DNA from: Ostreococcus lucimarinus
Lineage: Eukaryota
Assembly (NCBI GenBank): GCA_000092065.1
Contig: CP000593.1
Direction: 5' to 3' (one strand)
DNA: 64,000 nt
How positions within the stretch are numbered: position 1 is the stretch's first letter; each line of letters opens with the position of its first letter. Made by a program: the position numbers and the translations under genes. The notes under the pieces are model-generated. The model saw only the letters and a list, made by a program, of their open reading frames with translations, was not told the origin of the DNA and searched no databases. Below, piece after piece: positions 1 to 9,693 of this stretch.

Positions 1-124
1 CTCCATCCGATTGCGGGCAGCGCTCGAACCAGTCTGGTTCGACGTCTCGCCCAAAGGGTGCGTCGACGCGAAAGCGTTCGCGCCGACTCGTCTTGGTTTG
101 TTGTACAACAGAAAGAATTTGTTT

Positions 125-1150
125 TCACACTCGACCGGCGTTGAGCTTGGCCATGAGCGTCTGAAAACTACCACCACTAGTCTCCGGCGCCGTCGGGTAA
201 GGAGGCGCGACGGGAAACGGCTGAGCGGGTTGGGGTTGCACTCCGAAGAGCGTATTGAGTTTTTGCTGCACGCCTTGCGGCGGCGGCGGCGCCGCGTAAT
301 GAGACGGCGCCATCATCGGCGGTGGCGACGGATGCGCGTCACCGTTGGCGCTGTTCAAAATGTTGTTGAACAACGCGTGTCCCTTGGCTTGCTGCGGCGC
401 GGCCGCAGGCTTCACCCCGAGTAAGTTTTTCAATCCCGCCGCGCTCGCTTGAGGGCGCGGCGTCGCGACGTCCAGTCGCGGCGGAGCGCTCGAAGACGCC
501 ACGCGCGGCGAGTTGGTCGGCGCTATATCTTTCAAAAACGATGGCATCGGTAACTGATCCGCCGCCGGCGCGTTTTGAAAAGACGCCTGCGCCCAACGTT
601 CGTCGTTCGTCGCGGTTTTCACCTTGCCCTTCGACTTCTTCCCGCTTCCATCCGCCGCCAACACCGCGGCTTGCTGCTCCGGCGTCAGCGCCGGCTGTTG
701 AGGTTCACACACTTGATTCGCTCGCACTCTCGGATCGATTAAACCCACCGTTTTCGGCGCCGGCACCGCTTTCGGTTTCGGTCTCCGTTCCTTCGTCTTC
801 GCCTTCGTCGGCTCCTCGTTCCCGCGAACCTTCGGCGTCGGCACCGCCGTCATCTTCCTCTCCCTCGGCTTCGCCTCGACCTCGACGTTCGTCTCGCGCA
901 CCACCGCATCGACCGCGCTCGTCCCGTCCTCGAAATCAAACGGCACCAACTCTCGCTCGAACGATCGCTTCGCCTTGACCACGTCGCCGTCCTTCTCGAA
1001 CCCTCGCGTCGTCCCCTCGCCCCTTCCCGCGCCCCCCCTCGTCGCCGGATTCGCGCTCGCCGCGATCAGCGCCGCGATCATGTCCTCCCCCTCTCCCGCG
1101 AACGTCCCATCGACGTCGATCGTCCGCGCGCGTCCCTCCGCGCCCGTCAT
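125..1150 (-). CDS. hypothetical protein (acidic N-terminal region, Lys/Pro-rich middle, Gln/Pro/Ala-rich C-terminal tail)
   Basis: C-terminal 341 codons of track ORF 125..1957(-), starting at ATG (plus cat 1148-1150). Upstream part of the ORF is Arg-rich low complexity and overlaps the + strand cyclophilin gene, so trimmed. No confidently recognisable domain. Confidence 0.4.
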   Translation of the reverse strand: MTGAEGRARTIDVDGTFAGEGEDMIAALIAASANPATRGGAGRGEGTTRGFEKDGDVVKAKRSFERELVPFDFEDGTSAVDAVVRETNVEVEAKPRERKMTAVPTPKVRGNEEPTKAKTKERRPKPKAVPAPKTVGLIDPRVRANQVCEPQQPALTPEQQAAVLAADGSGKKSKGKVKTATNDERWAQASFQNAPAADQLPMPSFLKDIAPTNSPRVASSSAPPRLDVATPRPQASAAGLKNLLGVKPAAAPQQAKGHALFNNILNSANGDAHPSPPPMMAPSHYAAPPPPQGVQQKLNTLFGVQPQPAQPFPVAPPYPTAPETSGGSFQTLMAKLNAGRV

Positions 1151-1501
1151 CGTCGCCGCGCGAATCGCGATCGATTCGCACGATTCTCGCGTCCTCTCCG
1201 CCTCGGGTCGCGTCGTACGCCTCGCGCGTCGCGTCGACCGCGCGCGGCGTCGCCGTCTCGCCCTCGCGCGTCGCCTCGCGCGCGCGCGTTCGTCGCGTCG
1301 GTCGCGCCGCGCGTCCAGATCTGACGCCGCGGTGCCGTCGCGCCTCGATCGTCCCGCGGGTTCGCGCGCGTCGCGTCGAACCTCGCGTCGAGGTTCGATC
1401 GCGATCGTCGATCGACGCGCCGTCGATGGATTAAAAACTTGATTTCGGCGTTCGCGTCGCGCGCGGACGGCGCACTCGCGCGCGCGGCGCGCCGACGCGC
1501 C

Positions 1502-2257
1502 ATGCGCGCGCGGCGCGCGACGGCGCCGACGACGGCGCTGACGACGGCGCTCGCGCTCGCGTCGCTCGCGTCGCGCGCCGTCGCGTCGAGCGCGCGCTTC
1601 GGGCGCGAACGACTCGTGATGCAGACGACGCTGGGCGACGTGACGCTGGCGCTGTACGATCACGACGACGCCGCGCGCGCGACGGCGGCGCACGTGCTCG
1701 AGGCGTTTGAGCTGGGACTGTACGACACGAATCACTTCTTTCGCGTGGACGCGGGATTCGTGGCGCAGATCGCGGATTGCGCGGGGGGGCGACGCGCGGC
1801 GATGAGCGAGCGGCAGCGCGAGCTCGCGACGAGGACGGTGCGAGGAGAATTCGACGCGTCGGTGAAACACGCGCGAGGGAAGCTGTCGATGGCGAGGTGG
1901 AGCGATCCGGACAGCGCGACGAGCAGCTTTAGCGTGATGTTGGGGACGGCGCCGCACCTGGACGGGGAGTACGCGGTGTTCGGCGAGATGGTGGAGGGCG
2001 AGGAGACTTTGCGGAAGATCGAAGCGGTGGAAACGACGAAGAGTGGGATATTCGTGATGCCGAAGGAGAGGATTGAGATTTTATCGACGTATGTACTGCG
2101 CGAGGGCGCGAATTCGGGGGAAGAGGGCGAACGCGCGTCGACGACGACGACGGGCTCGGCGGGCGACGCGGAAGAGCTGCGCGAGTGTCGCGTTCGGGCG
2201 GATTCTCTGGCGAAGGAATTGCACGAAATTCGCGAGAGACGACTTCCCGGAAATTGA
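1502..2257 (+). CDS. cyclophilin-type peptidyl-prolyl cis-trans isomerase (divergent; Ala/Ser-rich presequence suggests plastid/thylakoid-lumen targeting)
   Basis: Track ORF 1439..2257 begins at TTG; first in-frame ATG at 1502. Cyclophilin fold landmarks: FFRVDAGFVAQ, GKLSMARWSDPDSATSSFSV, LDGEYAVFGEMVEGEETLRKIE. Confidence 0.75.
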   Translation: MRARRATAPTTALTTALALASLASRAVASSARFGRERLVMQTTLGDVTLALYDHDDAARATAAHVLEAFELGLYDTNHFFRVDAGFVAQIADCAGGRRAAMSERQRELATRTVRGEFDASVKHARGKLSMARWSDPDSATSSFSVMLGTAPHLDGEYAVFGEMVEGEETLRKIEAVETTKSGIFVMPKERIEILSTYVLREGANSGEEGERASTTTTGSAGDAEELRECRVRADSLAKELHEIRERRLPGN

Positions 2258-2300
2258 TCTAGATTGTTACACTATTTGTACCCAAAGACTCGACTAAGCG

Positions 2301-3635
2301 CTACTTCCAGACGCCCGTCAGCGCGTGGCGCGCGACGAAGGCGAACGCGCACGAAAGAAACTGAAACGCCAACAGACGCGCGCACAAGACGCGCTCGGTG
2401 CAAGGACCGAAGAGGCGCAAGAATAAAGTCACGAGATTCATGTTGTATCTCGTCTCTGTCGCCATCGATGGATGCAAAAGCCCCGTCTTGGGATCGAAAA
2501 TGGGCAGACGGTGACGCGGACAGTGCACGATCTTGAAGAGCTGCGGCGTGCTGTACACAAAGTTGAGCACTTGTGGAAGAAAGAACAACAGCAACGTTTC
2601 GCTGAAGTGCCCGAGCGTGCCCACGACGCCGAGCGTCATACCCGCGAAGTACGTGTACGTGTCTCCGACGAATATTTTCGACGGATACCAATTGTGCCGC
2701 AACAACGCCAGCGTCGTGGCGAAGAATGGCAGCGTCAAAAAAATGCTAAACAAGTGCGCGCCGGCGGTCACCGGCTCCGTGGACGGATCGTTCGCTAACG
2801 ACAACACGTTGAGTAACAAAATCGCACCGGCGATGATCAACGATTGCCCCGCCTCGAGCCCGTTCAATCCGGCGTGGATGTTGATCGAGTTGGAGCAAAA
2901 CACCACCAAAAGCCACATGTAGCACAGATACAGCGGCCCGACGTCGATCGATCGAACGCCCGCCGGTAACTCTAGCAACGCGCGAACGGGCGATGGTATG
3001 AGCACCGTCGTACCACCGCTGTAGGACAACAAAAGCGGCAGCGCCGCGAATCCCGGCATGACAATCTTCACTCGCCAAGGCAAATCCAGCACGTCGTCCA
3101 CGAAGCCCAAGAAGATCATAAATCCGACGCACGCCAACGCGCTGTTCTGCTCGAGCGCCCACGCGTTCGTCCCGCTCGCGCTCTGCCCGAACCACCATCG
3201 AATACCCCTCTGGCACAACTGCTGCATCGTCAGCGCCACCGCGTACGCGCATCCGGCCGCTAACCCCCCGCTCTCCGGCACGCGTCGCTCGCCGAGCGCC
3301 GTTCCTTTTTTATTCAAGTCGTACCCGCTCATATTCCTCGCCAGCGTCTTCGCCCCGACCGTCGGCAGCAATCGCATCGTCAACGCGTACGCTCCCCACG
3401 ACACGATCGCCGCGCTCGCGACGCACGCGCGCGCGCCCGCGTCGCTCGCTCGCGCCGCGCTCGCCGCCGCCGCCGCCGCCGGCGCCGACGCCAGCGCCCC
3501 CAGCGCGCGCGCGTCCGCGTCCCGCCTCGCGTCCCACGTCCCGCCCGCATCGCTCTCGCGCGCCCGCGACTTCTTCCGCGTCGTCTTCGCGCCTCCGCGT
3601 CCATCGTCGCGCGCGCGTCGCGTCGTCGTCGTCAT
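2301..3635 (-). CDS. ALG7: UDP-N-acetylglucosamine--dolichyl-phosphate N-acetylglucosaminephosphotransferase (GPT)
   Basis: Aligns along its length to DPAGT1/ALG7: GYDLNKKG, FLGFVDDVLDLPWRVK, FCSNSINIHAGLNGLEAGQSL, HNWYPSKIFVGDTYTYFAGMT, FLPQVLNFVYSTPQLFKIVHCPRHRLP. ATG at 3635 (plus cat 3633-3635). Confidence 0.85.
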   Translation of the reverse strand: MTTTTRRARDDGRGGAKTTRKKSRARESDAGGTWDARRDADARALGALASAPAAAAAASAARASDAGARACVASAAIVSWGAYALTMRLLPTVGAKTLARNMSGYDLNKKGTALGERRVPESGGLAAGCAYAVALTMQQLCQRGIRWWFGQSASGTNAWALEQNSALACVGFMIFLGFVDDVLDLPWRVKIVMPGFAALPLLLSYSGGTTVLIPSPVRALLELPAGVRSIDVGPLYLCYMWLLVVFCSNSINIHAGLNGLEAGQSLIIAGAILLLNVLSLANDPSTEPVTAGAHLFSIFLTLPFFATTLALLRHNWYPSKIFVGDTYTYFAGMTLGVVGTLGHFSETLLLFFLPQVLNFVYSTPQLFKIVHCPRHRLPIFDPKTGLLHPSMATETRYNMNLVTLFLRLFGPCTERVLCARLLAFQFLSCAFAFVARHALTGVWK

Positions 3636-3885
3636 CGTCGTCGTCCAATCGCGTCGTCGATTACGATTCCAATCGCGCCTTCTCCCGCGTCGCGCGCGCG
3701 CGCAGGCGCTCGGCGTCCCGCGCGACGCCCTCGCGCAGGCGCCTTCGCTCGTCCACCTGCGATTCGTGCACCGCGCGCACGCCCAGGGCGGTTCCCAGGA
3801 CGACGACGACGACGAACGCGTTCACCGCGCGCGTCATCGAGTGCCGCGCAGCGCGTCGCGCCGCGCGCGTCGGACGCCGATCGCG

Positions 3886-4629
3886 ATGCGCGCGCCGACG
3901 CGCGCGCCGCCGACGACGACGCCGACGACGACGTGCGCGACGCGCGACGCGGCGACGGCGGAACCGCCGCGATTGAAGATTCTCAGCCTGCACGGCTTTC
4001 GAACGTCGCGCGAAATCTTCGACGCGCAGGCGCGCGTCGCGCGCTGGCGCGAAGACTACGAAGACGTCGCGCGATTTCACGCCATCGACGCGCCGCACGA
4101 GGGCGCGGGCGCGGCGACGGCGGAGGTGAGGGCGTTCTTCGGGGAGGACGCGCGCTCGCGAGAGTGGTGGAACGCGACGACGGGACGCGACGGAAAGACG
4201 ACGTATCGAGGGATCGAGGCGTCGCTGCGGGAGATCGAGCGGGCGTGCGAGGAGGATGGACCGTATGATGGCGTGCTGGGGTTCAGTCAGGGGGCGACGC
4301 TGGCGGCGATCGCGCTGGCGACGCCGGAATTGGCGGAGCGGTTCGCGTTCGGGATTTTGGTGTCGGGAATGCGGGCGCGCGCGGAGGAGACGAAGGGGTG
4401 TGATTACGGTGCGATAGCGGTGCCGACGCTGCACGTGGTCGGGTTGAAGGATGATGTGATGCCGAAAGCGATGAGCGCGGGGCTGTACGACGCGATGACG
4501 TCGTCGGAGAGAACGCGAGAGACGCACGACGGCGGGCATCGCCTGCCGAGAGTCAACGTCGACGGGACGCCGATTTTGCGCGATTTCTTAGCCGCGAGAT
4601 TAGCGGCGCGCGAGAACTCGAAACTGTGA
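3886..4629 (+). CDS. FSH1/OVCA2-family serine hydrolase
   Basis: Residues 277-523 of track ORF 3058..4629. The upstream part overlaps ALG7 on the opposite strand and is low complexity. Motifs: LKILSLHGFRTSREIF, GVLGFSQGATLAAI, catalytic-triad-like spacing with HDGGHRLP near the C-terminus. Confidence 0.75.
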   Translation: MRAPTRAPPTTTPTTTCATRDAATAEPPRLKILSLHGFRTSREIFDAQARVARWREDYEDVARFHAIDAPHEGAGAATAEVRAFFGEDARSREWWNATTGRDGKTTYRGIEASLREIERACEEDGPYDGVLGFSQGATLAAIALATPELAERFAFGILVSGMRARAEETKGCDYGAIAVPTLHVVGLKDDVMPKAMSAGLYDAMTSSERTRETHDGGHRLPRVNVDGTPILRDFLAARLAARENSKL

Positions 4630-4664
4630 GTTTCGCTATGTTAAACGCTAGTAGTCTAGATGTG

Positions 4665-5786
4665 CTATGGACGCTTCGCTTTGAGCGCGTCCCACGGAAG
4701 CGCGAACGCGCTCGGCGTTTTCACGGGCGGGAACAGTACTTCTTTGATGTTCCCCCAAATCCCGACGTCGTACTTATTTCTCGTCATCTCGCCCCAATCG
4801 ATTTGTTCATCGCCGCTTCCGCCCGCGCGCTCGCCCTTCATCGTCTCCACGGATTCGCGCACGAGCTCCCACTTGAAGGTTTCGTTCGTCGTCACGTTTT
4901 TCGCGGCGAGCCACACGTTGTAGCCCAAGAAAACCGACAACAGCACGAAGACGAGCGCGCAAAACACGCCGAGCGTCACCGCGGGGGCGTAGTGGTACAC
5001 CACAAATCTATAAAGCAGCGCCTTGTCGTTCCCGAGCGTCGCGCGCGCGCCCGAGGGCGTCTCGTGCTGGAACCTTAACGACCAACAGTCTCGGCGCGTC
5101 ATGGAACGCCGCACCGCGTGCGCGCACGCCAACGTCACGTACCCCACCAACACGAGCTGCGCGAATAAAAACAGCAAAAACCACCTCAAATTATTCGCCC
5201 CGATCGTGTTATTCACCCACACGCAGAAGTGATCGAACCTCGCCACGCGCCGCTCCGTCGTCGTGCACCACTTCGATCGCGCCGGCGCGTCCTTCCCCGT
5301 CGTCCGACATCGTTTCCTGTGATACACGATTTCATCGTACGCGTACGCCTTCAAATACTCTTCGTTGTTCTCTCTCGTGATGGTTCCGGGCTCGCTGCAG
5401 CACACCAACGCCCACGTCGCGCACGCGAACGCGAACGCCGCGCTCGTCGCCGCCGTCCACCCGCGCGCGTCGCCGCCGTCCAACAGCCGCTTCTCCACCC
5501 CCTCGACGAAGCTCGCGTGACCACCGATCGCGAGCGTCAGATACACGATTTGACCGAGCGGATTCGGCCGATCGAGCGCGTCGAAACACGCGCTGGCGAC
5601 CGCGGCGCCGCGTTTTCGGTCGCACACCGCGATGGTCACCAGCGCCGTCGCGACGCGCGGCGCGGCGTCGCCGAGCGCGCGATGCGCGCGTCCCAGCGCC
5701 GAGCGCTCGAACCGCTTCGTCGGACCGAGCACGACGACGGCGACGCACGCGAGCGGCGCGAGCGCGAGCGCGAGCGCGCGCGTCAT
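4665..5786 (-). CDS. DHHC-type protein S-acyltransferase (palmitoyltransferase) with variant DHFC motif
   Basis: Cys-rich domain CRTTGKDAPARSKWCTTTERRVARFDHFCVWVNNTIGANNLRWF. Multiple predicted transmembrane helices before and after. Full track ORF. Confidence 0.8.
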   Translation of the reverse strand: MTRALALALAPLACVAVVVLGPTKRFERSALGRAHRALGDAAPRVATALVTIAVCDRKRGAAVASACFDALDRPNPLGQIVYLTLAIGGHASFVEGVEKRLLDGGDARGWTAATSAAFAFACATWALVCCSEPGTITRENNEEYLKAYAYDEIVYHRKRCRTTGKDAPARSKWCTTTERRVARFDHFCVWVNNTIGANNLRWFLLFLFAQLVLVGYVTLACAHAVRRSMTRRDCWSLRFQHETPSGARATLGNDKALLYRFVVYHYAPAVTLGVFCALVFVLLSVFLGYNVWLAAKNVTTNETFKWELVRESVETMKGERAGGSGDEQIDWGEMTRNKYDVGIWGNIKEVLFPPVKTPSAFALPWDALKAKRP

Positions 5787-5948
5787 TCGTCACCGCGCGC
5801 GCGTGTGCGGCGCATGCGCGCGCGACCGCGCGCGACGCTCGCGGCGGCGCCGGCGACCCGCGCGCGACGGTTCGAGCGCGCGCGTCCCGACGGCGCGCGC
5901 GCGAGGGCGCGTCCCGCGAGGGCGCCGCGCGCGCGGGATTCCGATTCG

Positions 5949-6568
5949 ATGGCGGCACCGCGCCGACCGGTGCTCTTGCTCGACGTCGACGGCGTGCTGA
6001 ATCGCACGGCGACGGCGAAACAGATCGCGCTGGACGAAGACTTGATCGCGCTGCTGCGGGACGTCGCGGAGCGGTCGGCGTGCGAGGTGGTGCTGACGAC
6101 GTACTGGCGGTACTTTGAGGTGCGGCGGCGACGCGAACGAAGGCGGCGACGCGAGACTTTCGAGACGCGGCGAACGGCGGTGAAGGACGACGCGACGAAG
6201 ACGAGAGGACTGACGACGACGACGATGACGATGGATTTCGTGAAATCCAGGAATACTTGGCGTACGCGTTCGAACGGCACGGATTGCCGAAGGGCGCGGT
6301 GGCGGGGCGAACGGCGGGCGAACCGCACCGGAGCGACTCGGTCGCGCACGACTCGAAGGTTCCGGAACTTCGCGTGCTGGAGATCGAGCGGTACATGCGA
6401 GAGACGCACGGTGAGGACGAGACCGCGTGGCCGCCGTTCGCCGTGGTGGACGATAAGGAGGTGGTGAGCGCGGAGCATCGTTGGCGAGGACGGTTCGTGC
6501 GCACGAAGCACGACGTCGGCTTGACGAAAGCGCAGGCGGACGCGTTGATCGACATCTTGTCGCGTTGA
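5949..6568 (+). CDS. HAD-superfamily hydrolase-like protein (2 exons: 5949..6119, 6251..6568)
   Basis: Exon 1 MAAPRRPVLLLDVDGVLN...VLTTYWRYFE (HAD motif I DxDG). Donor gag|GTGCGG at 6120, acceptor atccAG|gaa at 6250. Exon 2 continues in a different frame (track ORF 6257..6568), EYLAYAFERHGLPKG...AVVDDKEVV. An alternative upstream ATG at 5814 would add a presequence. Confidence 0.55.
6120..6250 (+). other. intron (GT..AG, 131 nt) of HAD-like gene
   Basis: Frame switch between two domain-bearing ORFs. Donor GTGCGG. Branch-like ggACTGACga about 40 nt before acceptor AG. Confidence 0.5.
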
Positions 6569-6638
6569 TATCGCACCGACGCGTCGCGCCGATTCGTGAT
6601 TTATTTATTCATTGGTCGTATCGTGTCATCTCTAAAGT

Positions 6639-6643
6639 TGTAA
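6639..6643 (+). terminator. putative TGTAA polyadenylation signal
   Basis: TGTAA about 70 nt downstream of the stop at 6568, inside the 107-bp AT-rich spacer between convergent genes. Confidence 0.3.
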
Positions 6644-6674
6644 TTACTACAGCTGTACAACTTCTATATTACCT

Positions 6675-9410
6675 TCACCGGGAAAGCGCCTCTGAGCGCG
6701 GCGGTGGCGAAAGCGATTGTCGCCGAGGTCTAGACGCTCGAGCTACTACTCTCGCCTCGGCTAAGCCTGTCTCCATGTTAGATACCGTCAGATTCAGGAG
6801 TGTCTCGAGCTGAGCAGTGACTTCGCTGAGTCGCTCGTTCGTTTCCGCCAACGCAGCTGTTTGCTTTGCCTGTGAAGATGTTATTTTACGATCGAGGGGC
6901 ACGAGGCGATTGGTGAGTTCGTCTACGCGGGTTTGCAACCGTTGAAGAGGATTCTCTGTGGATGTAGTATCCCACCCAGCCGCCGCAGCGGTGATCACGG
7001 GCGCTCGTGCGCTTGTCACGGGCGTCTGCGGCGGTGCTCCGTCTGTCGACGCCTTGTTAGCTCCCTTGCGCGGCGCCGTCATCGCCTTGCCCGTCGCCGC
7101 TTGTAGCGCTGTCGCCATCAAACTTGGCGGTCCAGAAGATTCATTTGTGACTACGTCTTCGATGTTCCCGTGATCGAGCAAAGAATTCAATTTCCGATGC
7201 ATCTCGGTCAGGGAGTACGCCAGGCGCCAATGAAACACGTCCACGGCGCGAGCCGTGTAACTCATCGGATCTCTCTCGCGTAATACTTTGTGGAAAATTC
7301 CTTGAACACCACGCTCAACGAGGAGTCGGTGGAGTGACACCCTATGAATCATGCCTCTGAAACGTTTCTGAATGACAACTGCCGCCTTCGTCTTCTGCTC
7401 GAGGATTTTCGGATCGTCCAAACCTTCTCCGTCGTCTCCGTAAATTATTCGCAACTTTTGTAAATAAAACGCAGGACGTGCGCTGACTTCGCGTGATAAA
7501 TCTGCGTCTAAGCCATACTTCTTCAAAGCGGTGTATGCTTTGGTATACGCGATTATTTCGCCTCTAAAAATAATCTTGATACCTTTGAGACGGAAGAACT
7601 TTTTCGTCGCGGGGAATGGCGCGAGCGACTCGTGAAAATCTTCGCGTTCGAGGGTGTAGATGTTCGCGTACGTCAACGCCTGTGCGCCGTAGAGCAGCGT
7701 ATCGGATGAGTACAACGCCTCCTCTGCGATAGTTTTCCCAGACATTTTTATCAATCCATCGACTTGAACGACACCACGGCGAATGAGGAAAATGGTTGAC
7801 ACTGCATCACCGGGTCTGAACAACGTCTCCTCTGGCGGAAACGTGTGCTCGACGACACGAGTCGACAAGTGAATGACCAGTGGCTCAGGGCAGTGTTTGA
7901 AAAAGTCGATATTACGTATCCACGTATTCATGCGCATAGTGCACTCAGATCGCAATGCCGGCGACATTTTGTCGAGCAATCTTCTGTACACGTCGGCGTC
8001 GGCGCCATCGAGTTGATACTTGAAATACTCTCGTAAGCGAACGCGCAAATCCTGGGGAAAACCGTGATCAATTAGGAATCCATTCAAGTCCCGCATCACG
8101 CCTTGGAACTTGTTCACCTTTTCGTTCCTCGTGGCGATGACGTTCGACACAGCCCCCACGATGTAACCGTACTCAAACGCGCCGATGAGCATGGCCATGA
8201 TGACGTACACTCGCTCTCCAGTCGTTACTGGAACGATGTCTCCGTAACCGATGGTGGAGATGGTCATCGTGGACCAGTATAGCGCCGCAAGATACAGCCT
8301 CAACGAGCCGACGATCTCTCGCGGCTCACCCCCGTCGGGACCGATGACCAAATCTCCGAACTCTGTGGATCGCGTCCAAGAGTACTTCGTCCCTTCCAAA
8401 TCTTCAACCAAGCCGAATCCACACGCGAGCCAATGCGCAAACATGATTGCCGTCAAGCCAAACTTCATGAGCTCTAATAATGAGTAATCGATGGTGTAAA
8501 CCAATTCCAGCCGCTTGTAAATTCGGTTCACTCGTAAAATCCGCACGAGTTTGACGAGACGCAGAAGACGCAACGTCCTCAGAATACTGAGCTGCGCCAA
8601 CGCGCTCGAGCCGACGCCCAAATACATGGCGTCGAACGGAATCGCCGACAAAAAGTCTATGACAAACCACTTTTTGAGATACGTTCGGGCGACGTACGCC
8701 TGATTGTAAACCAAGTGCCCAGTGCGGTGATGAGGCGTGGCGATGAAAAAGTTCAACACGAGGTCGGTGACAAAGCAAGCCGTCACGAACTGGTTGATGT
8801 AAAACAACGCGTTGAAACTCGGGGTATAGAAACCGACTTCCATCGGAGTCACGATGGCGGTGTAACACAACAAAGCCATCATCACCGCCTCCCACTTTTG
8901 CAGAACGGGCTTTTGCGGCGACAACACCGCACGACTCTTCTTGTATCGAGCGCTCTGTTTCTTTCGAATCCGCAAAGTCTGCTGGCGATTCTCGCTCTTC
9001 TTTTTGCTCGTAGACTTTGAACCTTTCTCCGAAGACGAGCTAAAAATACTGCTGCTTACGGATCCGGTCTTCGCGTCGAGCGTCAAGCACGCCGCCGCCT
9101 CCGCCCGCATCAAATCCAACGCCGTCAGCGCGTGCGCGTGTCCCGCGCCCCGATCACTATCTCGCAAGCTCTGTCGTCCGTGTCGCCATCGCGAATACGC
9201 CTCATTCGCGTTCTCTGACGCAGATCCTTCATCGGTGTCGCTCGGCGAGCGGCGCCCGTTCCCCTCGCGTCCCCGTCCGTTCGCCGTCCGCCACGCCGCG
9301 TCCGCGTCCGCGTCCGCGTCGCCCATCGATCGTCCGGAGCGCATCACCGCGTCCATCGCTTCGAAGCCGTCGGCGTCGTCGTCGTCGTCGCGCGCGTCGC
9401 GTCGGTCCAT
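6675..9410 (-). CDS. voltage-gated K+ channel with C-terminal cyclic-nucleotide-binding domain (Shaker/KAT-AKT or EAG-like)
   Basis: Pore selectivity filter TISTIGYGDIVPV. S1-S6 hydrophobic segments with an Arg-spaced S4 (LRTLRLLRLVKLVRILR). C-linker plus cNMP-binding domain (FFKHCPEPLVIHLSTRVVEHTFPPEETLFRPGDAVSTIFLIRRG). ATG at 9410. Confidence 0.85.
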   Translation of the reverse strand: MDRRDARDDDDDADGFEAMDAVMRSGRSMGDADADADAAWRTANGRGREGNGRRSPSDTDEGSASENANEAYSRWRHGRQSLRDSDRGAGHAHALTALDLMRAEAAACLTLDAKTGSVSSSIFSSSSEKGSKSTSKKKSENRQQTLRIRKKQSARYKKSRAVLSPQKPVLQKWEAVMMALLCYTAIVTPMEVGFYTPSFNALFYINQFVTACFVTDLVLNFFIATPHHRTGHLVYNQAYVARTYLKKWFVIDFLSAIPFDAMYLGVGSSALAQLSILRTLRLLRLVKLVRILRVNRIYKRLELVYTIDYSLLELMKFGLTAIMFAHWLACGFGLVEDLEGTKYSWTRSTEFGDLVIGPDGGEPREIVGSLRLYLAALYWSTMTISTIGYGDIVPVTTGERVYVIMAMLIGAFEYGYIVGAVSNVIATRNEKVNKFQGVMRDLNGFLIDHGFPQDLRVRLREYFKYQLDGADADVYRRLLDKMSPALRSECTMRMNTWIRNIDFFKHCPEPLVIHLSTRVVEHTFPPEETLFRPGDAVSTIFLIRRGVVQVDGLIKMSGKTIAEEALYSSDTLLYGAQALTYANIYTLEREDFHESLAPFPATKKFFRLKGIKIIFRGEIIAYTKAYTALKKYGLDADLSREVSARPAFYLQKLRIIYGDDGEGLDDPKILEQKTKAAVVIQKRFRGMIHRVSLHRLLVERGVQGIFHKVLRERDPMSYTARAVDVFHWRLAYSLTEMHRKLNSLLDHGNIEDVVTNESSGPPSLMATALQAATGKAMTAPRKGANKASTDGAPPQTPVTSARAPVITAAAAGWDTTSTENPLQRLQTRVDELTNRLVPLDRKITSSQAKQTAALAETNERLSEVTAQLETLLNLTVSNMETGLAEARVVARASRPRRQSLSPPPRSEALSR

Positions 9411-9693
9411 CGCGCGTCACGGTTGGAATCGAACGACTCGATGCGAACGCGCGAATCGTCGACGCGCGTCGCGCGCGCGCGCGCGGGCGACGCCGGCGCG
9501 GTCGCGGGACGCGCGCGCACCACGGGTAGTCGTCGGGACGCGCGCGGTGCGCGCGCGGCGACGCGACGTCGCGGAGTGTCGTCTTTGACCACCGCGGCCT
9601 TTCGAGGCGAATGCACCGGCACGCACCGGCGCGACTGCGGGCGAGAGGAAATGCGAGAGGAAGTGCGAGAGACGCGGCGTTACAAGGGTCGCG

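Noticed and set aside
11-424. ORF 11..424(+) at the window start.
   Set aside because: It starts at TTG, has a low-complexity Arg-rich product, and lies in the 3' flank of the minus-strand gene ending at 125.
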